A DNA stretch of 64,000 nucleotides, taken from NCBI RefSeq assembly GCF_009914755.1, contig NC_060939.1, one strand, 5' to 3'. The position numbers and the translations under genes were made by a program. This document shows positions 40,098-58,070 of the stretch, in pieces (the first letter of the stretch is position 1; each line of letters begins with the position of its first letter). Origin of the DNA: the human T2T-CHM13v2.0 reference genome, Homo sapiens. The notes beneath the pieces are model-generated. The model was not told where the DNA came from and ran no database searches. It worked only from the letters and a program-made list of their open reading frames with translations.

Positions 40098-40329
40098 TCA
40101 GGATTTCTGAAATCTTAGGTCAGGAAGTGACCCGTTGCTTAAGCCCACCCTTTCTACACTCATACCACAGACACAAGCCTGCCCTCTTCTCTGTGCTTGT
40201 AGCCTTCAGGAGAGAAAGCTCTTTGTCTGTGGCCTCCCTCTGAGAGAAGGAATCAGAAAGGGGCCTTAGTAGGAAAATCTAATGAACTCAAATAAGAGCT
40301 TCGTACCGTTAGTGGCTGCTGCTGCTTGA

Positions 40330-40497
<168 letters not shown>

Positions 40498-40644
40498 TGA
40501 GGGTGGGGCGGGTGGTGAGGGCTGAGAACCAGATGGATCCATGGTTTTCTGGGGCAACAAGGAAGCCCACTTTTAGGGAAGAAAGGGGAATGCTGGCTCA
40601 TCAGCATCCACAGGCCAGGCCAAGACAGGCTGTGGGTATGGTGA

Positions 40645-40854
<210 letters not shown>

Positions 40855-41948
40855 GCACACCCAGCCTGCTGCTTCTGACCCTGCATGCCCCATCGCAGCG
40901 TCCCACCTTTCCTCCTTTCCTTTGATTTAGCCTCTTTGGGCTGGAGCAGCTGTTGAACTGGGAAGAGACTCTAAACTGCCAGTCATCTGTAATATAAACC
41001 ATTTGCTGTATAGACCTCCTTTGTCTGCACACCATCTCCCACCAGCCTCCCCTCCCCCAGGGCCCCACCCAGTGTGGGCCTGGGCTCTCTTGGGCTTTAT
41101 CCATGTCTTTAGATTTGTGTTTGCCTTTTGTTTTTTTAACCGCGCAGTTCATTGGCCACTCTGCACGCATTCAGTATTACCATGGAGCTGGGAATCTTGC
41201 TGGAGCCCCTGGGGCAATAGCAGCAGCACCAGGCGGTCTCCTCTACAGACTGCCTTGGCCCACCCATTGAACATTCGGCACGTGACCTTGTGGGGGGAGC
41301 GGGGATTGGGCACCTGCGATCCTCTTTCCTCTCTTCATCTTTCTCTTCTGCCCTTCTTTTTGGAAGAAGGGGTTTCAAAACCAGTTTAGTTTCCAAAAAG
41401 TGTACATTTGTGGGGGGGGGGGGTCTAATTTGAGAGCGAGAGTGTGTATGTGTGTGTGTGTAAGTGTGTGGATTTTTTTATCATTTTTTTAAAATGCAGT
41501 ACTCTTTGTATCAGTCTGTCATGGGTCTATAGCTGTTTCAGATTTTTTTCAGCTGTACTTGAGCATCTGAAACTGCAAGAAAGAAACTCATTAAATGTGA
41601 TTCTTCTTACTAAACAGGCCTGACTGCTGTAGCTGTGTAACTTCCCCATTCCCACCTACTCTTCCCATCCTTTCCCAACTTTGGAGAAAACTCCCCAGTT
41701 TAGCCCCCTGACCTGCAGGCTGTGTCCTGGCAGGTGTGGGAGGGAAGCCCATGGCCAGGTACCAGGGAGGGCAGTGAATGTCTTGCTCTTCCCATGGGTA
41801 CAGCCCACAGCTTCTTGGCTGAACGTAGAACTTCTTTTTCTCACCCAGTATACCAGCCTCTTCCTGGTGATTCTGTTTTGCTGCTTTGGCAAGAACTACA
41901 TTTTGTTTTTAAGAGAAATTTCTGAATATGAATGTGGAGAGCAAACAC

Positions 41949-42270
<322 letters not shown>

Positions 42271-43700
42271 TCAAGCATGTGCAGTTTTGTGTGTGTGTAT
42301 ACATATATATGGTCAGCATATATATTGTGCAGCTAGGGCGAAGCCAGCAGAGGTGTGTGTATGTCTTTATGAAATGTTTGAAAAGAGATAAGCTGACTGC
42401 TTGATAATCACTCTCAGGTGTAAAGCTCCAAGTGTAAATAAAAGTGGCATTTAACAAATCTTTCAGAACAAAGTACAGCTGACTATATATACCAAGAGCT
42501 AAGCTAAAGGAACAGCTGAGAGCTCCGATCTCCACGAGAGACTAATCTAAAAGCTCTGCTTTGTACTTCCTCACCCTGCTTTCGTACAAGGAAGGGGGAC
42601 GATGGGAAATCATGGACTTGTAAGTTGTATTTAAACATAAAAATGAACTTGGTAACTTCTGGGTTTAGTAGAGCCTCAGTGTCGCTTTAACTTAGTTTAC
42701 TTTTTTTTTATTTTTAAAGCAGCAATGGATGGTTTTAAAGGAGTATTATGATTGTAAAATTGCTAAATATGACTGTAACACAGCTTTGTGGTAGCTGTGA
42801 CACAGTTCACTTGGGCAAAGGAGTGGTGATGGACTCGTTAAAATCATATATACTTGAATAGTCCATTGACCGAAACTCTTTATAGACTATTGTGTAAATG
42901 TGGAATCACAGACTGTTAACATTGCCTGGACTTCAGCAGAGTCCTGGAGCTGCTGGGACCTCTCCTATCATGATGAACTTGGACTTTTTTTTTTGATTTC
43001 TGGTTTTAAAAAACATAAAATTATAGAATCCAGATAATTCGCTGGAGTCATTCTGATCCACCATGTAGATCTGTATTTAGTATCATTTGGATTTGGAGAA
43101 GTGTTGATTACATTATGGCTGTGTAATAAAATTTTTATTAAAACTGCATCACACTGTAGCCACTTTGCCACCACCTCCCCACATGTAGCCGCTGAAACCC
43201 CCACGAGATGCCAATGCACACAGCAGGGAGAAAAGCCAACCAAAGAAGACCGAAGGGTATCTTTCCACCCGAGTAGCCTCTGTAGTGATTGGGACCAAGA
43301 CTAAGGACTTGTCTCCAATCTCAGCTGAGGCAGTGCCTCTGAACCAAGATCTTGGTCAGGCATTAAGACACTGGCTTTGTCCTACCAACTAGGATTTCTT
43401 GGTGGTTCACACTATTTCTTGTGCTGGGGAATTCCCTCATTGGGCCCCTCCTCCCTCCACAGTGTGGTTTCAGTGTTGAAGGGTGCAGCACCCAAGGTTG
43501 TTTTTATGCATTTTTTCAGTTCCTTCCAAGAAGCAAAAAGGCCAGTGTCCATCTGCCTAGTTCATAATGTTTATAGGTCTGTTTGTCTGTCTTGCTTCTG
43601 GCAGGTGTAGGGAAAGTCTACTGCCTGCCACTCCCTTCAAAAAGAATGTTTTTGCTTTTGTGAAGTCCTGACTTGCCACTCAAACTGTACCAATATTGTA

Positions 43701-43706
43701 AATAAA
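43701..43706 (+). terminator. Distal RTF1 polyadenylation signal AATAAA
   Basis: TGTA-AATAAA with a further upstream TGTA (43686); last canonical hexamer of the AU-rich UTR. Confidence 0.7.
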
Positions 43707-44057
43707 TGTTATGCCATTTTAACAAAGGGATCAGATTGAGTCTAAGGATTGCATCCTGAGTGGCAACTCCTAAAGCCATGTTTTGAAAGTCCAAGAGAAC
43801 CTCTCTTGCTCCTTTTCCTTCTTCTCTTAGCCCTGTGCCCACAAAAGTGAAAGTGGCCATCGTCAACTCTTTAGCAGCCTGGTTCCCCGGAAGCCTCTCT
43901 GGTAGGGTAGTTGCCTAGACCCAAGGAAACCTCCAGTTGTCCTGGTTTACTTCCTGTCTTGGTAAGAGACCAATAAGTTTTAACAGAGCTAAGTAGACCC
44001 CTGATGTACTGCCTAACCCTAGTGAGAATCTGGGCCTTTCAACCTTTTTTTTTTTAG

Positions 44058-44420
<363 letters not shown>

Positions 44421-46349
44421 TGAGTGTGGCTATGGAGGAAACACTGATCTTCCTTCATCCACGCACCCCTCATGCTGGGGAGGTCTATAGGCCTCCCCAT
44501 CCCCAGTGCCTGAGGCTGTGTCTCCAACCTTTCTGAACACATTTTAGCTAGGAAGCAAGAAGATCCTGGATCTTCCACACCCTTTAAGAAGGCAAGGGAT
44601 GGCAATCACAGTGATAAGAGCCACGTCCAAGACCGCTTCTGGTGGTGGAGAGGTTGCTTACCTGCAAGTGCGTCCAATGAGGTTTTCTCCAACTCCCCAG
44701 CACTCCCACTACCTAACTGGTGGGAGCAGTGGGACCTAGAGAGCAGGGGTTCTGGGCAGATGACAACATAGCTTGCTTATCTTCCAGGATTTGGGTGCTG
44801 TGGGGCAGCCACTTGCTACCTATCTCTGAGAATCCAGAAAGAACACCTGGGGTGCAAGTGGAGAGAAGAAGGGTGCTGGGTTGGTCAACTTCATCTCCCT
44901 GGCCACGTTTTTCCAGAAGGGAGATCTTCCTTCAGTAACTATAATGTGGCTGTGATCCAGCAGCCTTAGGAAGCCATCAACTCCCAGCTCAAATTTTTTT
45001 CACGATTTCCCTGACTTAAGCGGAGACTGCTGAGCTCCCTTGGCAAGGAGGGTGTTAAGGAGCTGAAGGGAATGGCAGTGCTAAGACAGGGCCAAAAGGC
45101 ATGCCTTCTCTAAGGTTCCACAGGCCAGCCCCAGGGAACATGGAGATACGGCTTTTAGGCACTGGAGCATAGATAGGCATGTCTAGGGCTTCCAGACCAT
45201 GCTCAGGATACAAGGGAGGGCCAAGAGCCAAAAGGCACCCAGGCTCGGGAAAGGGTTCAGATCCCCGCTCTGCCACTTGCTATTACCTAGGGCTGAGCTA
45301 CTTAACACCTTTGAGCCACAAGTTTTCCACCTTTCAAAAAACAACCTGTCCCCAGTAGGGGTCCAATAAATGCTGTTGTTAATGAGAGTGAAGCCGCTGG
45401 ACCCTGGAGGAGAGGAACGGCCCTTGGAGTGGGCTGATGGAGGGCGGAAGCACTGGGCAGTGGGCAGGACCAGAAACTCCACTTGGGCTGGGGTTGGGAG
45501 GGGGGGAAGAAACCCTGACTCCAGATGGAGGCTCCCACTGGGAGACCCTGGGCTGGCCTAGGGATGCGTCCAGAGAAAGTGTGCTGCCTCTGGGCCAGGC
45601 CCTCGTTGCTGTCATTCCCCACAGGCCAACGCACACCACCTTTACTGACCAGGCTTCTGAAGGCGTTGAAGGCTTGCCACCTTACCACCCTCCAGCTGGC
45701 CCCAACTGAGGCCCGACCTACCCACAACCCCCAAGAGTAGTGAATACTCAAAATAGCACCAATAGTACCAAACCAGAAGGTAAGTGTAAAAGAAGCACAA
45801 CAAAGCTCTGACCCTTCCCATGATGATTACCTTGATACTTCTTCAAAAGATAGATACTTTTGGGCCCTGCACCATGGCTCCTGCCTGTAATCCCAGCACT
45901 TTAAAAGGCCGAGGAGGGAGGATCGCTTGGGGCCAGGAGTTCGAGACCAACCTGGTCAACATAGCGAGACTCCATTTCTTTTTTTCTTTTTCTTTCTTTC
46001 TTTTTTTTTTTTTTTGAGGTGGAGCCTCGCTCTGTTGCCCAGGCTGGAGTGCAGTGGCGCAATCTCGGCTCACTGCAACTTCCACCTCTCAAGTCCATGC
46101 AATTCTACTGCCTCAGCTTCCCAAGTACCTGGGATTACAGGCATGTGCCACCATTCCTGGCCAATTTTCGTATTTTTAGTAGAGGTGAGGTTTTACCATG
46201 TTGGCCAGGCTGGTCTTGAACTCCTGACCTTGTGATCCTCCCGCCTCGGCCTCCCAAAGTGCTGGGATTACAGGCGTGAGCCACCACGCCCGGCCTCTAT
46301 TTTTTTTTTTAATCGAATACTTTTGATTTCTTTTTCTCTTTTAGCCATG

Positions 46350-46960
46350 GATAGCCCTGCTTCGCTAAGCGCGTGCGATGCAGCACAGCCCTTCACCTGG
46401 CAAGCCCGGAAGCCTCAGGTTGACTCCATCAGTTTTGCCGGGAGAGCCCTTCGGCGCTCCCCGCTTGGTGTCTCCACCACCCCCCGCACCGGCCTGGGCG
46501 CCACCCTTGTCCGCGCCAACGGTCCCCGCATCCCTGGCCCCGTGCGCCTCCTGCGCCGTTAGCGCCCAGTCCACGCAGCAAGGGAGGAGGCGCGCGGCCG
46601 CTGCGTTCCAGGGCGCTCTGCCCTCGTTCCCCACTCCGGGCCCGCAGCCTCAGAGCCAGGGTCCCAGTGGCCCGGGGCCTGCATGCGTCTCCAGCCGTGG
46701 ATCCCCCGGGGCGCGCGCCTTGGGAGTTGAGCTGGACCCCGGCTCGCACGCGGCCCACGCGGAGACGCATGGGCACTACGGTCCCAGACCCCGGGCCACT
46801 GCATGCTCTGTGGACTCGGTCCCCAGGCACACCCGAGGTGTGGAGGTCACGCCTGCAGGCGCAGAGCTCACAGATGGAATTAGGAGGCGCCTCCTAACCC
46901 CCGCCTCCCCCCATCACACGCCACCATGACTACACGATGCAGGGACCCCCGACGACGTCC
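46350..46960. promoter_or_regulatory. Orphan CpG-rich island between RTF1 and ITPKA
   Basis: Abrupt high GC content and dense unmutated CpGs in non-repeat sequence, with no annotated-gene ATG nearby. Confidence 0.7.
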
Positions 46961-47994
46961 CAGGCATTCCTACAGTGGTCGCCTCCACAAGCTGAGTCCC
47001 TGACCTCAGACCCTTCCTGTCCCCTTCACCTCCCCTCGCACTGGGTGAGGTTCTGAGGGTTCTGAGTTCTGGAGAAGAAGGAGGATCACAGGAACACAGG
47101 CTCCTGAGTGGGATCGGAAACCTTGTTTCTGAAGTGTAAGGAGAGAATATGTTCTTACTGCGCACACACAGGTGTGGTGACACATTTTGTTCGTTTTAGA
47201 CAAGAGTGACTCAGACTGTGGAGGGTCAATGAACACTGCTAGATCCTGAGCCCTGCTGAGGTAACCTTGCACCCATCCCTGGATATTCCCACAACGTCTA
47301 GTCAATCCATTTATGAGGTCAGAGATTGCCGGGAAGGAAGGGAAACCTAGAGGCCAGGAAAAGAGGCTGGGGCTGGGAGCTGAGGGCTCGCCTGTCAGGT
47401 GAAGACCCATTCACGCCTCTTTCCAAGAGAAAGGAGACCCTCACCTCTCTCCCATTCTCACGTGTCCACTGGGCTCTGGCCAGCCCTCCAGCACCCTCTC
47501 TGGTAGGCCCTGACGGAGAAGGACATCGAACCCACCAGAGGTGAGGAATGTTTTGGATGCAGGAAGCAGCTGAGAAACCAAAATTCCCAGCGCGCACATT
47601 GACAACCTCTTGGAAAGGGAGGGAAGGCAGCCACTGAGCGTCCCAGGGCCTGTTTTCTTCTTGGGCCCTTTCTGGTTTCCTTCCTCGGTAAGACAATGAA
47701 AATGATACACTATCACTCCCGGAAACGGGCGGGGGCATCACAGGATCCACGCATTCCTGTGTCCTTTGCACCTAGCACAATAGCAGCTGCTCCATGGAAG
47801 TGTGTCTGCTCTGTGAATGCATGAGTGAATCACAGGTATTGTCACAGAATAGTGGGGTCTTAGGGTCATAAAGTCCCTTGGAAGGGCACCAAGTCCCACA
47901 GTGCATGTCTGGGAGTTGTTACTAGAATAAGACCTTGCACCACCGGGTCCAGTGGAACATGACAGCCCAACCCCCTCTCACCTCCCCACTCCTA

Positions 47995-48300
47995 CCACAC
48001 ACACACACCCCACACACACTACACACACCACACTCACACACCACACCCACCACACACACACTACACACACTCACACACCACACACACCACACTCACACCC
48101 ACACCTACCACACACCACACCCACCACACATGCCACACTCACACCACACCCACACCACATACCACACACCACACACACACCACATGCAACACACAACACA
48201 CACATACCACACGTGCGCCACACATACATGCCATATACACCACAAACATAACCCCCCACACACACCACACATGCCACAATGACACATACCACACACACAC
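47995..48300 (+). repeat. CA-rich low-complexity repeat ((CACAC)n-like)
   Basis: ~305 nt consisting almost entirely of C and A; source of the His/Thr and Val/Cys artefact ORFs. Confidence 0.93.
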
Positions 48301-48676
48301 TAGAGAGGCTCTGCTCCTGCTGGAGAAGACTTGAAGTCTCCTCAAAGGAACAGATGCTCCATTCAGGAGCACAGGTCAAAGGCTGTGCCTTCCCTTCTCT
48401 CCCCAAGGTGAAAGGCCCTGCTTGTCATCTTAGGAAGCAGAAACCAGCACTGTGCCTGGCAGAGGGTGATGAGTGGTGATTTTGCTCCTGCCACTGGTGC
48501 TGCCCTGGGGATGGGGTAGAGGTGGGCACAGCTATGAGGCAGGCTGGGGTGAGGACCCCAGAAACCCCTCACATCACACATCCCATTTTCCAGGCCCTTT
48601 TTTCTTCCCTAGTTTTGTACCTGAGGGTGATGTTTCTCTAGAAGAGATGCAGCCCTCAGTCATGATAAATCCTGAA

Positions 48677-52745
<4,069 letters not shown>

Positions 52746-53249
52746 AAGATTCCCGTCTTCCCACTGAACCTTCCTCTTTCCTTCTCCTGGGCCATTCCTG
52801 AGCCCTGGCTGAGGGGAGAGAAGGGAAGGAAAGCCCCTCCTGCGGCCATCTCAGCATCCAAGGCAATCCTTCTGGGGCTGCTCTGTCTCCAGGGCCCCAG
52901 CCATCCCCAGACACTGAGTGCCTGAGGGGGGACCCTCACTCCTGTGGCACTATGGTAAGATAGGAAACAGTGGCTTCTCCTCAAAGCAGCCTCGCCGGTC
53001 GGTCAGCTGACTACCAACATGGGAAGTGGCCGAAGATCCACATGGAATGACACTGATAAGCACTTTGCAGTGTCTGAAACTCTTAAACATCAGTGCTGTC
53101 TTCCTAGTTTTACAGACACAACTCTGTGGGTTGGATGAGGTTTTTCTAAATGTACAAATGCAGAAATATACGGAGGGAGTAAAGGGACTGCCTACAAATC
53201 ACATCTAGAGTGTGGTGTACCTGATTTCAAGTCTTTTATTTTATTCTCG

Positions 53250-56200
53250 CAGCAACGGGAGAATCCGCAGTCGAGGGAGGTGAAATGACTTGCTGAACGC
53301 CACACGGCGGACTCCAAGCCCCGAGCTCCTATAACAGAGGAGGAGGAAGGCGGGCTCAGCTCCTGCCACCCAGCAGCGGGGGAGATGCAGCCCGGGACTA
53401 GGCTGGGCCATGGGGACAGATCCAGGCCCCGCCCCCTGACCTTGTTCTCTGCCCGCCGGGAAGTGGGGAACTTGCGGGGAGCAGCCTCAGCTAGTCCCTG
53501 GGGCAGAGTCTCCACTTGGGTGCACGCCCTGGGGTGGGGCTTCTTCGGGAAGCCGGGGGCCTTCAACTCTGCTCAGGAGCTCGGGCCGGAGAAAGGCCCC
53601 GAGACTTGAAGCCCTTGCCCGGGAGGGATGAACACGCAAAGGAACCCGAGGAACGGGGTAGGGGACCAAGAGTAGGACCAGCTTCTCCTGCGCGGGGACA
53701 GGGCCTGTGGAGCGGCCTGGAGGAATCTCTCCCAGCCGCGAAGCCCGGGAAGGCTGCGAGGCCCCAGCGCGGAGCGGCCCCTCCCACCTCCCCGAGGGCA
53801 GGCGGAGCGAAGCCTCGGGGCCCGGGCCCAGGTTTTGTGCCTACGGAGGCTGGACTTCCCCGCCACCCCGAGGAGTCACCGAGAGCCTTCTCTCCCTCGC
53901 AGGGGCCCTGGGAGGCCCGCGCTTTCTCTGAAAGTGGAAGGAGTGGGCGGGGGGCGCGGCCGAGGCGGGGCGCGGGCGTGCAGCGGCGCAGGCTCCGCCC
54001 CGGGGCCGTCTCCAGCCGGGGGCGCCGAGCCGCTCCAGTCCCCGGCGCGCCGCGGGCTGGTGGGCTCAGCGGCGGCGCCGGCACTGGGAAATGACCCTGC
54101 CCGGGGGCCCAACGGGCATGGCGCGGCCGGGGGGCGCGAGGCCCTGCAGCCCGGGGCTGGAGCGGGCCCCGCGCCGGAGTGTCGGGGAGCTGCGCCTGCT
54201 CTTCGAGGCGCGCTGTGCGGCGGTCGCTGCGGCCGCCGCCGCGGGGGAGCCCCGGGCCCGCGGGGCCAAGCGGCGTGGGGGACAGGTCCCCAACGGGCTT
54301 CCGCGGGCTCCCCCGGCCCCGGTGATCCCTCAGCTGACCGTGACAGCCGAGGAGCCCGACGTGCCCCCGACCAGCCCTGGGCCGCCGGAGCGGGAGAGGG
54401 ACTGCCTCCCGGCAGCGGGCTCTTCGCACCTGCAGCAGCCGCGCCGCCTTTCCACCTCGTCGGTCTCCTCCACTGGCTCCTCGTCGCTGCTCGAGGACTC
54501 GGAGGACGACCTGCTGAGCGACAGTGAGAGCCGGAGCCGCGGCAACGTGCAGCTGGAAGCGGGCGAGGACGTGGGTCAGGTACGGGCCGCGGGGGCGGGG
54601 CCAGCGCCGGGCGCGGGGGCTGCACGGGGGACCTGGCTGGGTGCTCCCGGAGGACCCGCTCCTGTCCATGCTCCCTCCAGCGGAAGGTCCTGTTCTCGCG
54701 GTTTAGGAGGAATCTGGGGGTCAGAGGGAGGCGCCTGGCCGACCTCTCGCCTGGGCAACTTTCACCTCGGCTCCGCCGGCGGGTCGTGGTGCTGGCCCTG
54801 GGGCGTCTAAGAAGCGGGGCGAGGAGCAGGCGACCCGCCGCGGGGACTGGGCGAAGCGGGGGTAGCGGACCTTGTTGGCTGTGGGTTAGGACAGGAGGGA
54901 TCGGAGGGGCTGAGCCTTGCCGGGTGAACCCTCGGAAGGAGAGAGGCGAAGGAGAGTTTCCCTTACCCCCCGCCCCCTCTCCGGTGCCGCGGCCGCACCC
55001 CCGCCGTTGCCACGGTTTCCCTCTCCTGAGTGGGAGTGGAGCGGCGCTCCAGGCTCTGCTCGGGAGCCGCTGCCGTCTGCTCCCAGCGCCCGCACGAGGC
55101 GTGGACGCAGGGGAGGGAGGGGCGTGGGCCTGGGAGCTCTGGCTGGGAGCGGAACGCAGCCCACCCAGTGCGCGCCCTGCCTCCCATCTTCCCGGCTCGC
55201 CGCTCCTGAGCGCGGCAGAGAGGGGCGGTAAACTGAGGCTGCAAGGGGGCAGGATCACTCTGCTAGTCTCTGCCTCTGATAGCCTGGGTGTTCTGGGACC
55301 AGGTCTGACCCTCGGAAAACACAGCCCTGGGCACTGTTAAGTCATTCCTGACGCCCGCCACTTAGGGATGTGCGGCTCCCGGGACACCCTCCTTGTTCCC
55401 CTCGTTTTAACCAAGGCCAAATACCTTGAATAACTGTCCGTGGTCAGCGCGAAGGACTTTCTTTAGATCCACGTTTCGCAAGTGTCCCTGAGGCCGAGGA
55501 AGAGGCGAGGGGCGCCCCCGGCCTCGGGCGTCTGGGGCCTGCCCATAAGGCCGGGTCGGCGCGGCGGGGCGGGGAGAGCTGTGGCCGCGCGCCTGCTCCG
55601 CCGCACAATCGGCTGGGACAAGGCAGGGAAGCTGTGGCGACCTGCAGGGGTTCACAAGCCCGGAGGCCGATGGGGTTTGTCAGTGACACCAGAGGGGAAA
55701 AGCCTCACAGAGCAGGAACACCCCCCGCCGCCAGGTGCTGGGTGCGCCGGCTCGGTCACTAGCCTGCCGCTTCCCCTTCTTCCCCGGTGGTCAGAGCAGC
55801 CCCGGACCCAGGATCGTTTCTGGGGTAACCCTTGCCTAGGTCGGGGGGCGGATGCCGGGGCTTCCCAGGATGTGGAGTGTGGGGCAGTGAGAGGCCCCCC
55901 GCCCCGCCTCTTCGGAAAAGCCTGAGCAGCAGCTCCCGGGGCGCGGAAGCTCTGACACCTGAGAGCCGGTGCAGGCGAAAGGGCGCGAAGCGCGGGCGCG
56001 TCCCGCTTCCCTCTTCCGCCCGCAGGGACTCGGCGAAGTGCCTGGGAGAGGGAGTGCGCTAGGAGGAGGTCCTGCGGCCCAAGCCTGGGTGTAGAGACCG
56101 CCCCGGCTAAGGTCAAGCCTCGGGGACCTGGGCGACCCCGCCGCCCTCCGAGCCGTCGGGAGCCGGTGCAAATCGCCGCTGAGGGCCCTTCCAGCTCCAA

Positions 56201-56500
56201 GGCTGCGGCTTCCAGGCCTTCCCCACCCCCAGGCCCGCCGGGGCCTCCCCGAAGTCAAACAGCCACAGCGGCGGCAGATAAGCCAGGGGCTGTTGACAGA
56301 GGCTGCCTGAGTCCGTGTGGAAGGGCCCAGGGCGGACTTTGCCTCGCCGCAGGTCCCAGAGCCGCACAGCGCGCCGGCCCAGGCCAATTTAGGGCTTCCC
56401 CAGGCAGGAAGCAAGGCTGGTCCGGCTGACCGTGAAGGATGCACGTGGGCCGGACTCTAGGACTCCCGGCTTACCAGCCCCTTACGCGCGGCCCAGGCAG
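53250..56500 (+). promoter_or_regulatory. ITPKA: ITPKA promoter CpG island, TATA-less with Sp1-type GC boxes
   Basis: Very high GC/CpG; GGGCGG at 53945, GGCGGGG at 53964, CCGCCC at 53995, all just upstream of the ATG at 54091. Confidence 0.88.
54091..54579 (+). CDS. ITPKA: ITPKA exon 1 (163 aa): F-actin-binding N-terminus (RRSVGELRLLFEA) and RRLS kinase site
   Basis: MTLPGGPTGMARPGG... matches recalled inositol-trisphosphate 3-kinase A; CAG|GTACGG donor. Confidence 0.96.
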
Positions 56501-57869
56501 GCCGGAGCCCAGGAAGTTTCTGCCTGCCTGCCTGCCTACCTCTCTGCCTGGGGCATACGTAGTCCCCTTCACCTCCTAGGAGCCCTCTCCAGCCTGCCCA
56601 GAGCAGGGAAATTGAAACTGGGCAGCCTCACTCCGGCAGAGGAAAAAGTCACAGGCAGGCTTTTCCTAACCAGCCAGGGGAGAAGTTGGAGGCCCACCCG
56701 CAAGGTCAGCTGCATGACTCTATGGCCTTGCCTGCCTCCTCAAACAATTGTGGGGTATTGCTGGAGGAAAAGAGAGGGTGTTTGGCTCCTGTTCATCTGG
56801 TTTTCTTCTTTCTGTGCTCCAGGATAGGTAAGGAGACCTGGATGCCATCCCCTCCTGGACTCAGAATTCCCACACATCGCTTTCCACTAATTATAGAGCA
56901 GAATTTAGGTTAACAGACTTCCTTTTTAAACAGCTAATGCCCATGGGAAGGTGAAGTCGTGGGTCACTTATACCTTAGTGCAAATCGTTTTATAAATTTA
57001 AACTGATTGCTCTTCCCACCACCACGACCACAGGGAGTGCTAGTTTGATAGGGCAATTGGAACATGGGGAGGGTATTGGGCTGGTAGAGAGCTTCAACCA
57101 GAGCCTGGATGACTGGAGGCAGGGAGCAAGGGTGAGTGCCAAAGACAGAGCACTCACCCACCTGCTGGTCTGCTCCAGCAGAAGATACACTGTGTATCTG
57201 GCATGAGCAGGTGTCTTCAAGGCTTCCGAATGGAGCTTAGACAAAGGAGGGTCTGAGGCTAGTATCCAGCCAAGCCCTGCCCAGAGAGAGGTACTCCCTG
57301 TTCAGCCCTAGGAGTGAGGAATTATCAGAGGGCCCTCCTGTGACTTCATTAAAGTCTCTCACACAGTCAGCAATCCTAGCCTTTGCCTCAAGATACCCAG
57401 GTAGCCTCTGGCTGTGTGTTAGTCTCCCAGAGAGGGCACCTTCATGGAGGGAGGCCCGAGCCAGAGGATGTTCAAGCTTCTCCCGGGTTCAAGCGATTCT
57501 CCTGCCTCAGCCTCCCGAGTAGCTGGGATTACAGGCACCTACCACCACACCGGCTAAGTTTTGTATTTTTAATAGAGATGGGGTTTCACCATGTTGGCCA
57601 GGCTGCTCTTGAACTCCTGACCTCAAGTGATGCATCTGCCTTGGCCTCCCAAAGTGCTGAGATTACAGGTGTCAGCCACCGCGCCTGGGCTTACATTCAT
57701 TTTTAAAAGCGTGATGTTCTCTGGGGGAGGTATCTCCCTAAGGTGGAAGGTGGCAGTGATTTGAGTTCCATGACACTTGCACAACTCCTGCCATGCTTGG
57801 CCATACCCATTACTGGCAGGGGGGCTAAATCCTGTCATAGCAACCTCAGGTGGTAGGACGGAGGACTCA

Positions 57870-58070
<201 letters not shown>

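Noticed and set aside
47935-48406. His/Thr-rich and Val/Cys-rich ORFs
   Set aside because: Artefacts of the CA-rich repeat
53563-55258. Long antisense ORFs (368 aa, 460 aa) and alternate-frame ORFs over ITPKA exon 1
   Set aside because: Expected from stop-codon scarcity in a very GC-rich island; low-complexity Pro/Arg/Gly/Ala content with no recognisable domain
55434-55444. REST/RE1-like CTGTCCGTGGT in ITPKA intron 1 (and TCAGCACC at 61444)
   Set aside because: Half-site matches only; no full 21-bp RE1 seen, so it cannot be supported without ChIP data
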